A DNA stretch of 64,000 nt from Trueperaceae bacterium. GTDB taxonomy: Bacteria; Deinococcota; Deinococci; Deinococcales; Trueperaceae. The stretch lies in the NCBI GenBank assembly GCA_965213925.1, contig OZ243927.1:3424001-3488000 (forward strand), read 5' to 3'. How positions within the stretch are numbered: position 1 is the first letter of the stretch; the number at the start of each line of letters is the position of its first letter. Below, one piece after another: positions 49,754-60,005 of this stretch. A program made the position numbers and the translations under genes. The notes under the pieces are model-generated. The model saw only the letters and a list, made by a program, of their open reading frames with translations, ran no database searches and was not told the DNA's origin.

Positions 49754-50300
49754 TACGCTGGTTGGCACAAAACGTGGCGCTAGGCGATTTTCTTTGCTCC
49801 AAACAGCCTTGGTTGCTCAAAATGACTTAGAGAAAATAAGCTCGGAAGGGGCAAGGCGGCGCGCATCTCGGTAAACGACCGTTTTTGCAATCTGTTCAGC
49901 GTCTGGCTGTGACTGGTTAAACCACCTACGCTCATTGCAACCGAGTTTCACTGTCAGATTTATCGTCTAATTCTATCCACAGGGCAGGTCGAATACCGCC
50001 ACTATCTTTAGGTCTGCCATAGACACCATCGCCACGAACATAAATACGTCCGTATCTATTTACACTGGCAGCAGTGCGACCATAATAGCCTGGTGAGCGA
50101 AGTCGCCACCAATAGAATTTACTTTATCTTCTTTAGTGACCCCGACGGCAACAGTTAGGCAGTGCAGCAAATCTCGAGCCGCAGTTGAACGAGGTAATTT
50201 TTATACGTGTGAACAGGCCGAGGCGTGCGTAAGTCTTCTGCGTGTGGTCGGGTAGCAGGAGACCGTCACTGGCCTCCCGCCCCTAAGAGCCGTGCGTGCG

Positions 50301-52736
50301 GTAGGGTAGGATGCCAGCGAGCTGCCTATCAAAGATAGCGCTTTTCCAACATCCCCCCTCCGAACCCCGCATGACCGCTTTCCGTGTCACGGGGCTCTCC
50401 AGTAATCTCAACATGAAAGTCCTTTCCCGTGGTAGTGCCCTTTATGGATGTCTTGGTGGCAGGTGAGGCAGACCACCAGCGTCTTGCGTCGGCGAGCCGA
50501 CATCCTTTGCATCCATTCGGGCCGTGACTTACGCCCTCTTTGTTCAAGGTCTGCCAGTTTTCGGACGTGATGCACTTCGACGTGCTCCACCGACCCACAA
50601 AGCTCACAGCTTTGCGCTAAAAGGCGGTCCACCACTTCATTACGCCCGTTCCAAATCTTACTGTTCTGGTTGTCGTCCAAGGCTACCCATTTGTTCCACC
50701 GTAACGGGATGCCGCCAAAGTGGGTGATGAGTGGCTTCTTTTTAGGACCACGGTCCACTTTGACTTGAAGGACTTTATAGCTGCCCTCCTTGAGGTCGAT
50801 GGTGGTGCGGTAGCGCCGATAGATTTTCTGGCAACTCGTCCTGAACTTATTCGCCAGCGTTTTCACTAGCGAGAGTTCTGTGACGCGCTTGAGTCGGCCC
50901 AGCGTGTGGAGGTTGTAGGCCATGCGGTAATACTGCACGACCCCGCGGTATTCCGCTTGATATTGGCTGACGATGCTGTAAGCATCGCTGCTGAGCCTTT
51001 GTGGGAGGTGAATGGGCTTGCCGCGTCGCATGTACTTGGCGCAGTGCGCTTTCATGACGTGCGACGGTACCCGGAGTCCGACGCTGCCGTTGATGCAGCG
51101 TTGTCCCCGGTGGTCGTGTTTATCGTCAGCGTGAAGAATGTGGACCTCATAGCCCAGGAAACGCGCTTTCTGCGTGCGCGCGTGGGTCAGCAGGGTCTTA
51201 TCCTCGCTAAGCTCAAGCTTGAGTTCGTCGCGTAAGAAGGCGGCAATCTCTTGCTTGATAGCCACGGCCTCGTCTTTTGGCCCTTTCAGCCCCAGCAGAA
51301 AGTCATCGGCATACCTTTGGTACCACAATCGCCGGAAGTTCGGGTCATCGGGGTCGCGCGACGGCATTGTCTGGGCCTGCTGGCTCAGTTGCCGCGCGGT
51401 CTCCCAGTTCCCTGCTTTCCGAGCGTCGTGAGCGGCTTTGGCGATGGCGACATACGGGGGGTAGGTCTTGCGGCGTTCGCCGCGTGTGTAAGCTGGTATC
51501 AGTTCGTGCTCGACAAACTTGTCCAGCCTGTCCAGAACCAGGTTGGTGAGGATTGGACCGACAATCGACCCTTGCGGCACACCGCTGTAGGTCTGGTGAA
51601 AGGTCCAGTTCTCCAGGTAGCCAGCTTCGAGCAGCCCCTTGATAAGCCGCAGGAAGCGGTTGTCGTGGAAGCTCTTCTGCAAGATGTTCAACAAGACATC
51701 GAAGTTAATCTTGTCGAAACACGAGCAGATATCTCCCTCGATAAACCACTTTGTACCTCGACCCTCTTGGGTGACTTTGCGCAAAGCTGTGTGGCATCCC
51801 CGTTTCGGTCGAAAGCCGTGAGAACGGTCGCTGAACCGCGGTTCATAATAGGCTTCCAGGATGGAGCGGATAACTTCTTGAAGAAGTTTGTCCGACCAGG
51901 AAGGCATCCCTAGAGGCCGCATCTTGCCATTCTTTTTGGGAATGTAACGGCGTCGTACCGGCGTCCACCGATACCGCTCTTGGCGTAGCGCCTCGATGAT
52001 GGTATCAATTTTCGCTAGGGACATCCCGTCCACGGTTTCGTCCGAGGCACCTGGTGTCAGTGCGCCTTCGTTCTTGTAGAGCTTGGCGTAGGCGCGCAGG
52101 TAGAGGTCAGGCCGGTAGAGTAGGCGATACACCCTTTTAACCGGCAGGCCACGCTGGCCGCGTTCACGTAGGATGGTGAGTACCGTTTCGGCGGTTCGCA
52201 TCTCGCGTACCTCACAGTTCCTTTCCATCATGATTACCTGGTCTCCTTCGCCCTGCGAACGGCTCTCCCGCTCTCCCTGGTGGGGCGTGACGCCCACGAC
52301 TACTACGAGACCTCCGTTACCTTAGGACTCGCGTCCCTTAGGCAATCCCGTGTTTCGTCACTGAGGAACGTGCTAGAACGACTTAGGCTCGCCACTCATA
52401 GCCTTGGATGAACTCATTGTTCATCGCCCATCAAGCAGAGCGTCATTTGGACGAAACTTGAATCCAAATGTCCTGATGGCGTCGGTGTACAGACGTGCTA
52501 CCGACGGGTGTGCGTGACCACCGCTGGCTATTGGCGTTCAAACAATCCAGTCTTAGCCTTATCATTCAGGCGTTGCAGAGCCGCATCGTACACGTCTTCC
52601 TTTGCGCTCCGCTTTAATGCCATGCTCTTGTCCCCTCCCTCCTTTCGAGCTCAGGTTAGGCATCCGCCTCGGGGTCGTTTGCCCTGAACCCCGGCCAACT
52701 CCGTTGGCAATTCACTCAATGCGCACCACGGCGCAC
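50301..52736 (-). mobile_element. Inner group II intron, copy 2
   Basis: Same boundaries within domain V of the outer intron. Confidence 0.9.
50408..52201 (-). CDS. ltrA: Group II intron RT/maturase/HNH, copy 2
   Basis: Protein identical to 5620-7413. Confidence 0.95.
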   Translation of the reverse strand: MRTAETVLTILRERGQRGLPVKRVYRLLYRPDLYLRAYAKLYKNEGALTPGASDETVDGMSLAKIDTIIEALRQERYRWTPVRRRYIPKKNGKMRPLGMPSWSDKLLQEVIRSILEAYYEPRFSDRSHGFRPKRGCHTALRKVTQEGRGTKWFIEGDICSCFDKINFDVLLNILQKSFHDNRFLRLIKGLLEAGYLENWTFHQTYSGVPQGSIVGPILTNLVLDRLDKFVEHELIPAYTRGERRKTYPPYVAIAKAAHDARKAGNWETARQLSQQAQTMPSRDPDDPNFRRLWYQRYADDFLLGLKGPKDEAVAIKQEIAAFLRDELKLELSEDKTLLTHARTQKARFLGYEVHILHADDKHDHRGQRCINGSVGLRVPSHVMKAHCAKYMRRGKPIHLPQRLSSDAYSIVSQYQAEYRGVVQYYRMAYNLHTLGRLKRVTELSLVKTLANKFRTSCQKIYRRYRTTIDLKEGSYKVLQVKVDRGPKKKPLITHFGGIPLRWNKWVALDDNQNSKIWNGRNEVVDRLLAQSCELCGSVEHVEVHHVRKLADLEQRGRKSRPEWMQRMSARRRKTLVVCLTCHQDIHKGHYHGKGLSC

Positions 52737-52771
52737 ACTTTCACCGCACACGGCTCAAGCCAATCACGAAG

Positions 52772-52906
52772 CTACCGCGATAAGCTCGTAGTAGCCCTGA
52801 AGATTCGCCCTCTCAGATTGCGAACCCGCCAATTGACAGCTCGCCAGTTCACAGCGTGCCAGTCCGTAGGTCCTTCGGTTTCGTTTGCAGAGCTTCGGGC
52901 TCGCAT
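52772..52906 (-). pseudogene. 44-aa remnant of the outer intron's RT ORF, copy 2
   Basis: Same as 7984-8118. Confidence 0.75.
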
Positions 52907-53699
52907 CTAACTTCCCCTTAGTTGGCAACCTTCAGAACATCTCTCTAGGAGATTGACCAGTCCCACGTCAGCACCCTTTCGGGTTGAGTATCGGCTCTAT
53001 CTAGCCCCTTATGATTTCGGGTCGCCTTTCGGCGGCTAGCCTTCGCTTCTTGGGACCTCCTATGCCCGCTGGAGCGTTCGGCGTTCCTTACGGTTCGCTT
53101 ACCTGCAACAGGACTCCAACGGGGTTTCCGTGTTCCACTTGTGTGAGCTGCGACCGGGTTAGGCGTGCTCTCTACTCCGGGGTCATGGTGTCCTCGTGCA
53201 GAACGCGCGTACTCTCTGCACCTGTTGAGGCGAGATACCTTATCCTTAGCCTCGACCCGACCATGCCTTATCAACCATCCTTCGACAAACCGAACTAACG
53301 GAGCTTTGACCGAGCATTCACGTTCGTTCGCCTTACCGGTCTTTCCCTCACCCGAGTCTCTACGATGGTTTAGATTCTCTTAGGCTTTACCTCCAGCTTC
53401 ACACCTTGCCATTACTGGCAACGCATGTGGAAGTCGGGAATGAGCCTGGACACTGGCTCAGAGTTCTTTTCCTCCTTCCTAACTCACTCACTTCAAGCGA
53501 CTTCACGTCGCACACGCGCGCGTTAGTCGCAGCAGGATAGAGATTCTAAATGTCCGGAGAGCAACCCCTTTCCAAAAGAAAAGCCGTAGAAAATATCGAA
53601 CAAAGCTGAGCTTCAACGCGCCTTAGAAATCGGAAAACTATGAAAAATTTCCTCAAAGTCAAAGTGCTTCTTTTTACCCTTCACCACCAACAACTTCAA

Positions 53700-53990
53700 G
53701 ATAATGAGGCTGTTCTCGCGGCGCTCGAGCGTCAAGGTTAAGCCTACGGTTCAGAGTTAGCCGCCTACACCCACGAGGCCACGAACGGTGAGGTTAGCCT
53801 CTCCGCTAGCAGCCTCTACACCGGGTTGCACCGGCTCTGAGGCGAAGGGTTCGTCATGCGTCAGCCGGGCAGCGGTAAGAAGGGTCGGCGTGTCGACCTC
53901 TATACGCTAACCCCGAGTGCTCAGGAGGAACCAGAGAGACGACGCGTCCAGGACCAGCGTTTGATGAGCGGTATCGTCCGCTTGATCAGA
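53700..53990 (+). pseudogene. PadR-like regulator pseudogene
   Basis: VLAALERQG*AYGSEL...SSLYTGLHRL*GEGFV...RRVDLYTLT. Confidence 0.6.
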
Positions 53991-54005
53991 AAGGAAACAG
54001 AAACT

Positions 54006-54731
54006 ATGCTCGCCCCTATCTACTTAGACACACAGAAAAACCTCTTCAAAGTCACCTCCATCGCCGAACTCGGTATCGACCCGCAACTCACTGACGACCT
54101 CAAGCCGAGCTTCGAAGCTCTGTCGCCGGACGAGTACGACTTAGAGTTGTACGGTTGGGACAAACCCAAGCGCTTTAGGGCGCAGACGAACGCGGAGCTT
54201 ACGCTCACGAACGAGGGCTGCGACGTGCGCTACTTGCCGCAAGAGGCATTTATCCAGGATTCGGGTGACCAACGCACCCGTGAACGGTGGTTTGACATGA
54301 TCGCGCCGGAGGTCTTAGAGCACCCTGGGTTCAAACAGCTCTTGGGCGCGGGTGCATTGATGGTCAAGGAATACTTTCCCTACGTGACGAGGCTCAAACT
54401 AGGCGTTCATCAGATGCTCGTCGTGACGACAGACCAGCAAGACCCCGCCACGAATAGCCCAGAAGGGATGCACCAGGACGGTTGGTCGTGCCCCTTTATC
54501 ATCTCAGCGATCCCTATCATTCTGGAGGACGTGCAGCAGCGCACCGCCGAGTCGGTCATCTACGCCAGCGACAAGGAGACCGTGCTGTGGCGCGGGCAGC
54601 TTCAGGAAGGACAGATCATCTTCCAAGACGACACCTACTTGTGGCACCACGTCACCCCTGTGGGGAGCCAGAACGAACACATTCCGACGCGGCGCGGCAT
54701 CTTAGGCATTGACTTTTCGATCCTCGAGTAG
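54006..54731 (+). CDS. 2OG-Fe(II) dioxygenase-family protein
   Basis: NSPEGMHQDG, LWHHVTPV, RRGIL; ATG 54006 with RBS. Confidence 0.75.
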   Translation: MLAPIYLDTQKNLFKVTSIAELGIDPQLTDDLKPSFEALSPDEYDLELYGWDKPKRFRAQTNAELTLTNEGCDVRYLPQEAFIQDSGDQRTRERWFDMIAPEVLEHPGFKQLLGAGALMVKEYFPYVTRLKLGVHQMLVVTTDQQDPATNSPEGMHQDGWSCPFIISAIPIILEDVQQRTAESVIYASDKETVLWRGQLQEGQIIFQDDTYLWHHVTPVGSQNEHIPTRRGILGIDFSILE

Positions 54732-54847
54732 CCCTACTCATTCCTACATACCCCTTTCCACGTACTTAGCGCCGCCGAGTTCGTCGGGGGAAGCGACCTG
54801 CGGCGCGCATGTGACTTCAAGCCCTCTCGCCTACCCTTGGAGGTACC

Positions 54848-56506
54848 GTGAACGCTCGTCTCTCCCTCATCTTCTTGTTCCTCTTCTCAGCCGCCTTCGC
54901 CCAGGTCGGTCCTGCCACGCCCCTCGAGGCTGTTCCTTTAGTCGAGCGGATTCAAGCGCAAACGCCCGCCCCCTATGACGGCACGCTCCGCTGCCACACC
55001 ATCACTTGGGGACCCGACTTCGTGCCTTGGACTTTACAGGAGGAGGGCGCGTTCGCGGCACGTGGCTTAGACGTTACGCATACCAACGAGGACGTCATCG
55101 CCGAGCAAATCGAGGCTTACCTGAGCGACCACGTCTGCTTGCGCGGCACGGTCGAGCAGGTTGTGCAGGTCGCGGACGCCCTCCACACGGCGGGCTTGGA
55201 GGCTTACGCGCCCGTCGTTAGCCTCATCCACTCCTTTAGCGCAGGCGGCGACGTGATCGTCGGCGGCGCGGAGGTGAACCGGGTCGAAGACCTCTGCGGG
55301 GCAACAGTGGCGGCGCAACGCGACGGACCCTCGCTTGCACTACTCGTGAACGTGGTGGCGGACGCTTGTCCCCAGGGATTTGCCGACCTGAACATCCTCT
55401 GGACGGAAGACTTCGTCGGCTTTCAAGGGGTGAGTAGCCCAGGCGCAGCGCTCTTAAAAGGCTTAGCGGACGCTGCACTCGTCATCACTCCTGACGCACT
55501 TGCCCTCACAGGCGAGGGTGAATACGCCTTGCCAGGTGCAAATATCGTGATCGGTACGGACACGGCGCGGCGGGCGGTCGCGGATGTGGTGGCGTTTCGC
55601 AAGGACTTCATCGAGACCTATCCTGACATTGCCCAAGCGTATGTTGAGACTGTTCTCACAGGTCACGAGACCGTGGCGCAAGCCCAGCGCGGCGCGGCGT
55701 ACGAGACGCTTTTAGAGGTCGGCGCGGCGCAGGTGCTCGACCTGCCCGGCAACTTGGAGGAGGCTGAACTGCTCCTTAAAGACGCAGAAATCGTCCGTAT
55801 GCCTGGCAATGTTACGTTCTTTACGCAGCCCAGTAATCCCGTAGGCTTCGAGGGGGTGGCGCAGCGGGCGCAGGCGAACTTGCGGCAGCTCGGGCTTTTG
55901 AGCGGGGCGGACTTTCGCCTCGAGCAAGCGAACTGGAACTACCAGACCTTTTCGCCCGATCTCTTAGCGGTAAAAGGCGTTACACTGCCCGAAATTGACC
56001 CTACACAAGCCGCCGCAGCCGTACAAAATAGCGACAGGCTCTTCTGCTTCGCGGTGACCTTCGCACCCGAGCAGACCACATTTCCCATTGAGGTCTACCG
56101 CGCGGACTTCGACCGGGCGATTCGGCAAGCCGCCATCTTCCCTAACGTGCTCTTCACTTTGGAGGGCAACATGAGCGTCAACCGCTTCGTGCGCCTCTAC
56201 CGCGAAGGAGCCGAGCAGCCCGTGCTAACGCGGATGCAGCAGCAAGCCCGCTCGACCTCGTACGCGAGAGCCGAGAGTGTATTGGAGGGGCTCAACGCCC
56301 ACGCTGAGGCGCAAGGGGTCGGCAGCTTCAGACCGGACCAGTTCGTCATCATCGGCAATGGGATAGAGAGCCCCCAGCGCGGCTTCGACGCGAACGGCGT
56401 TCCTGTACCCGCTGCCACCGAAGCCGAGTGGAACGCAGACCGCAACGTTTCGGTCTGCGCCACCACCATTCAGGTCGAGGACGAGACCTTCGTCCCCTTG
56501 GACTGA
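54848..56506 (+). CDS. Exported substrate-binding (NMT1/SsuA-like) protein with OmpA-like C-terminus
   Basis: Signal peptide, SFSAGGDVIV, C-terminal SYARAESV..GNG..NADRNV. Confidence 0.7.
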   Translation: MNARLSLIFLFLFSAAFAQVGPATPLEAVPLVERIQAQTPAPYDGTLRCHTITWGPDFVPWTLQEEGAFAARGLDVTHTNEDVIAEQIEAYLSDHVCLRGTVEQVVQVADALHTAGLEAYAPVVSLIHSFSAGGDVIVGGAEVNRVEDLCGATVAAQRDGPSLALLVNVVADACPQGFADLNILWTEDFVGFQGVSSPGAALLKGLADAALVITPDALALTGEGEYALPGANIVIGTDTARRAVADVVAFRKDFIETYPDIAQAYVETVLTGHETVAQAQRGAAYETLLEVGAAQVLDLPGNLEEAELLLKDAEIVRMPGNVTFFTQPSNPVGFEGVAQRAQANLRQLGLLSGADFRLEQANWNYQTFSPDLLAVKGVTLPEIDPTQAAAAVQNSDRLFCFAVTFAPEQTTFPIEVYRADFDRAIRQAAIFPNVLFTLEGNMSVNRFVRLYREGAEQPVLTRMQQQARSTSYARAESVLEGLNAHAEAQGVGSFRPDQFVIIGNGIESPQRGFDANGVPVPAATEAEWNADRNVSVCATTIQVEDETFVPLD

Positions 56507-56509
56507 GCG

Positions 56510-57310
56510 ATGAAGACGCTTGTCAAAACACTCGTTATTGTTGCGATGGGGTTTGGTCTCATCACGCTTCTACTCGAGACTGAGCCAGAAGAGACGGCGG
56601 TGCGCTCAGCGGACCAGACGATCTTGAGCCGACATTCACGTGGACTCGTCGCCGCGTGGCCGCTAGAGGACGAAAGCGTGCAGACCTCAGCGGTAGAGGC
56701 CGTGCACCCCACCGCTGGCAACTACCTGGTCATCTTCGACGGCTCGGGCAGCATGAAGGGCGCGAAGCTGCGCGACGCCAAAGACGCCGTCGCGATTTTA
56801 AGTGAGACCGTGCCTGAAAGCGACCACCTCGGGCTTATCGCCTTCACGGACGAAGGGCTTTTTGGCAGCGACAGCGTAGAACTCCTCACGCCGCTAGGTC
56901 GCGGCGCGGCGAACCGCGCCGCCTTTAAGGAGGCGCTAGAACGCATCGAAGCGGGCGGGGGGACGCCTTTGGGTGAAGCCCTCGAGCTAGGCGTCACCAC
57001 GCTCTCGCGGATGGCGCAGACGCAGCGCACGTTGGGCGCACACTACACGCTCCTCATCGTCACCGACGGCGAGGCGAGTGACGGTGAAAGGTTGCGGCGG
57101 GTACTCGCGCAGATGCTTCCAGCCGACGCGCCGCCGCGCTCGCCCATCGTCTTCCAGACCGTCGGCTTCGGTATCGACGAGCGGCACGTCCTCAACCAGC
57201 CGGGGCGCACGCTCTACGCCTCTGCGCGGGACGGCGCGGCGCTACGTGAAGCGCTTAGGCGCGTCGCCGTCGAGGAGCAGAACTTTGCCGCGGACACGCA
57301 ATTTCAGTGA
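56510..57310 (+). CDS. Membrane-anchored VWA-domain protein
   Basis: MIDAS motif DGSGSM, GGTPL, VTDGE. Confidence 0.88.
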   Translation: MKTLVKTLVIVAMGFGLITLLLETEPEETAVRSADQTILSRHSRGLVAAWPLEDESVQTSAVEAVHPTAGNYLVIFDGSGSMKGAKLRDAKDAVAILSETVPESDHLGLIAFTDEGLFGSDSVELLTPLGRGAANRAAFKEALERIEAGGGTPLGEALELGVTTLSRMAQTQRTLGAHYTLLIVTDGEASDGERLRRVLAQMLPADAPPRSPIVFQTVGFGIDERHVLNQPGRTLYASARDGAALREALRRVAVEEQNFAADTQFQ

Positions 57311-57574
57311 AGCAATTCGCCCAAGTACTGATAGCACTTCCAAGATGTACTGAGACAAATGAGCGCAGGTATCATCCCGGAACGTGCGTGCTGAACTGTG
57401 TTTTCTACAGTGAGAGTGTTGCTTCGCATAACTTCGTTCACTCAAACCAGATGATACCTGCTATGAGTTGGAATAGCGCAAGTCTCATTTTCAAGCGTAT
57501 GTGCTTAGCAGTGTTCCATTCAGTGAGCGCGTTCCAAACCAAATGATACTTGCTACGAAGGAGGCGAAGAAACC

Positions 57575-59113
57575 GTGAGACGCACCACCCCTCTTCTCCT
57601 TGGGCTTTTCGCCCTCTTCGCCTTAGGTGCGCTGCTGACTAAAATGCTCGGACCGACCCTCGCCCACTCGCGCTGGCTGAGCGGGAGCGACGCGCAAGGG
57701 CTCGAGCGGGTGACCGTCGCCTGCGACCCCTACTTCGCGTACGGGGCGCTCTTTGGCGATACGAACCGCGCCCTGCTGCGGGCTCGTGGGTACAGCTTAG
57801 AATGCGACAACGACAATGCCGACTACGCCGCGCGAAGTGCCGCGTTATCCGAAGGTCGCGTGCCCTCCGCCGTCTTTACGAGAGGCGCGTATGTCCAGGT
57901 CGGCGGACCCGCCTGGGACGCGGTCGAGGTTGCCGTGTTGAGCGAATCGCGAGGGAGTGACGCGCTCGTCGGGCGCGGCGAGTTGAACACCCTCGCGGCG
58001 TTGCAAGGGGCGCTCTCGAGCGGCAAACCGCTCAACATCGCAGTCACGCCCGCTTCGCCCTCCTGGACACTCCTTAAAACGGTGGAGAACACCTTCGGTC
58101 TCGAGCTTAACGACGCCAACATCGTCTTCGCGGAAGGCTCGAGTGACGCCTACGAGAGGTTGGCACGCGGCGAGGTCGGCGCTGCCGTCCTCTGGCAACC
58201 CGACCTGGCGCAGGCGTTCAAAGACCCGGGCGTCCACGAACTCATCAGCACCGCCGACACGCGCAACCTGGTCGTAGACATCCTCTTGGTCAACCGCAGC
58301 TTCGCCCAGCGCCGCCCCGAGGTGGTCGCGGCGGTGGTTGAAAGTTTCTACGAGACGCTCGAGCTGTACCGCCAAGACACCGCCTTGCTCGTTCGCGACG
58401 TTCGGCGCTTTAGCCGCACCTTCGGACACCGCCTCTCGGACGATGAGGTGCGCACGATGCTTGCAGGCGTAGACTTTCAATCTTTAGCGGACAACGCCCT
58501 GACCTGGTACGGCGTCGCCGACAACGACAAAGGGCTGCGCACTTACGCCGCCGCCGAGAGCTACCGCTACTTAGAACGCACCTTTGTGGACGTCGGTGTG
58601 TTGGCGCAGCCCGTTCTACCCGCTGCCGGAGGTGACGCGCTCACAAGCAGCCGCTTCGTCGCTCAGGCGGCGCAGGGCAAACCGCTGGCGCAGCGCCAGG
58701 CGACCTCGTTTGCGGCGCTTGCGGGAGATGAATGGGCAGCGCTGGAGGTCGTCGGTACGCTTCGGGCGAGACCTATCGGCTTCAGCGCGTCGCGCTCAGA
58801 CCTCTCGAGTCGGGGCAAACGCGCCCTCGCTGAGGTCGCCGCCGACCTCTCGGCTTTTGGCAGCTTCCGGCTGCTCATCGAGGGACACACGAACGCGGTG
58901 GGCGACGCAGAGCGCAACCTCGCCCTGTCGCGTGCCCGCGCACAGGCGATTGCCGACTACCTCGCTGAGCGCCACGCGGTCGACCCCGCTCGCTTACACG
59001 TCGTCGGCTATGGAGGTGCAAAGCCGCTCCCGTGTCCGCCCGGAGACTCTGCCCGCGCCTGCGCCTCGCGTCAGCAGCGCAGCGTCCTCACCTTTTTGAG
59101 CCCCGACCTATGA
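57575..59113 (+). CDS. Substrate-binding domain plus OmpA-family peptidoglycan-binding domain
   Basis: SESRGSDAL, VLWQPD, IEGHTNAVG..NLALSRARAQAI..VGYG. Confidence 0.8.
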   Translation: MRRTTPLLLGLFALFALGALLTKMLGPTLAHSRWLSGSDAQGLERVTVACDPYFAYGALFGDTNRALLRARGYSLECDNDNADYAARSAALSEGRVPSAVFTRGAYVQVGGPAWDAVEVAVLSESRGSDALVGRGELNTLAALQGALSSGKPLNIAVTPASPSWTLLKTVENTFGLELNDANIVFAEGSSDAYERLARGEVGAAVLWQPDLAQAFKDPGVHELISTADTRNLVVDILLVNRSFAQRRPEVVAAVVESFYETLELYRQDTALLVRDVRRFSRTFGHRLSDDEVRTMLAGVDFQSLADNALTWYGVADNDKGLRTYAAAESYRYLERTFVDVGVLAQPVLPAAGGDALTSSRFVAQAAQGKPLAQRQATSFAALAGDEWAALEVVGTLRARPIGFSASRSDLSSRGKRALAEVAADLSAFGSFRLLIEGHTNAVGDAERNLALSRARAQAIADYLAERHAVDPARLHVVGYGGAKPLPCPPGDSARACASRQQRSVLTFLSPDL

Positions 59114-59123
59114 GCCGCAACTT

Positions 59124-59894
59124 ATGAGCCGCAGCAGCAAATTCAGTTATGGGCGTCTGCGCCGCGAAACGCTCAGCCGCGACGTGCTGCAAGACCCGCT
59201 GGGGCTCGGAGGTCTACTGAGCAGCGCGGCGTCTCTCGTCGTCAGCGCACTCTGGACTAGCCCGCTCGCGTTAGTGGTCGGCGCAGCTCTCGGCGGGCTC
59301 GCGCTGGTACGGTTTCTCGTCCTCTATATTCGCCGGAATGAACTCGTCGAGCGGCGCTTACATGCCCACTTCGAGGAAGAGAAGCGGCTTAGCGAGCGGG
59401 AGAACGCGGAGACGTTGGACGCACTCCAGCGCAGCTTGAACGCCTTAGCGCCGGAGAACGCCCGGCAGCTTGAACGGCTCGAGGAGGCGTTCTCCGCCCT
59501 GTCGCGGGTGGTCGAACAGCGCTTCCCGGCCGGCAGCCTCTCAGCAGAGCGCTACTTAGGTGGCATCTTAGAGACTCGGCGCGTCGTGCTTCACAATCTG
59601 CACCAGGTGACGCGCTATCTGCAAGCCGCGCAGGTTACAACAACCAATCACGAGCGCGTACACGAAGAAAAAGAGGTGCTTTTAGAAGAGGTGACGCGCT
59701 TCACTGAGCAAAACGAGCTGCTTATCGGTGAGCTGCACGCGCTGAGGCTCAAACTGGTGCGCGTGCCCCTCGCCGGGTCGCACGCCCCGCTGAGCACGCT
59801 GGATGCACCGTCAGACGAAGAGGTCAGCAGGCGCTTGGACCAGCTCGCCCAAACAACTGAGCGCATGGTCACAGAATTGCGGAGACATCCGTGA
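59124..59894 (+). CDS. 2-TM coiled-coil protein upstream of the TelA-family gene
   Basis: Two TM segments then a long helical region. Confidence 0.65.
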   Translation: MSRSSKFSYGRLRRETLSRDVLQDPLGLGGLLSSAASLVVSALWTSPLALVVGAALGGLALVRFLVLYIRRNELVERRLHAHFEEEKRLSERENAETLDALQRSLNALAPENARQLERLEEAFSALSRVVEQRFPAGSLSAERYLGGILETRRVVLHNLHQVTRYLQAAQVTTTNHERVHEEKEVLLEEVTRFTEQNELLIGELHALRLKLVRVPLAGSHAPLSTLDAPSDEEVSRRLDQLAQTTERMVTELRRHP

Positions 59895-60005
59895 AGACCG
59901 CTCGAGTTTTCATATCGAGTCTCTCCGCGGTGGATTTTGCAGCGGATGTAGACGCAGTGCGACCTTTTATCACCACAAACTCCAACCGTAAAGAAAGGAC
60001 ACCCC

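Larger units (their letters stand above)
50247..53513 (-). mobile_element. Group II twintron copy 2 (outer intron boundaries)
   Basis: Same as 5459-8725, offset by 44,788 bp; ORF-track translations are identical. Confidence 0.9.
50239..53531. repeat. GCGCGC-core dyad site 16, split by twintron copy 2 (halves 50239-50246 and 53514-53531)
   Basis: Restores the same 26-mer as site 3; accessory dyad at 50204-50229. Confidence 0.85.

Noticed and set aside
49849..49874. Possible eroded dyad (GCGCGC-at-ctcg)
   Set aside because: Only the inner part of one arm matches; not counted.
5451..53531. Composite transposon bounded by the two 3.3-kb repeats
   Set aside because: The repeats are introns, with no transposase, IRs or target duplication.
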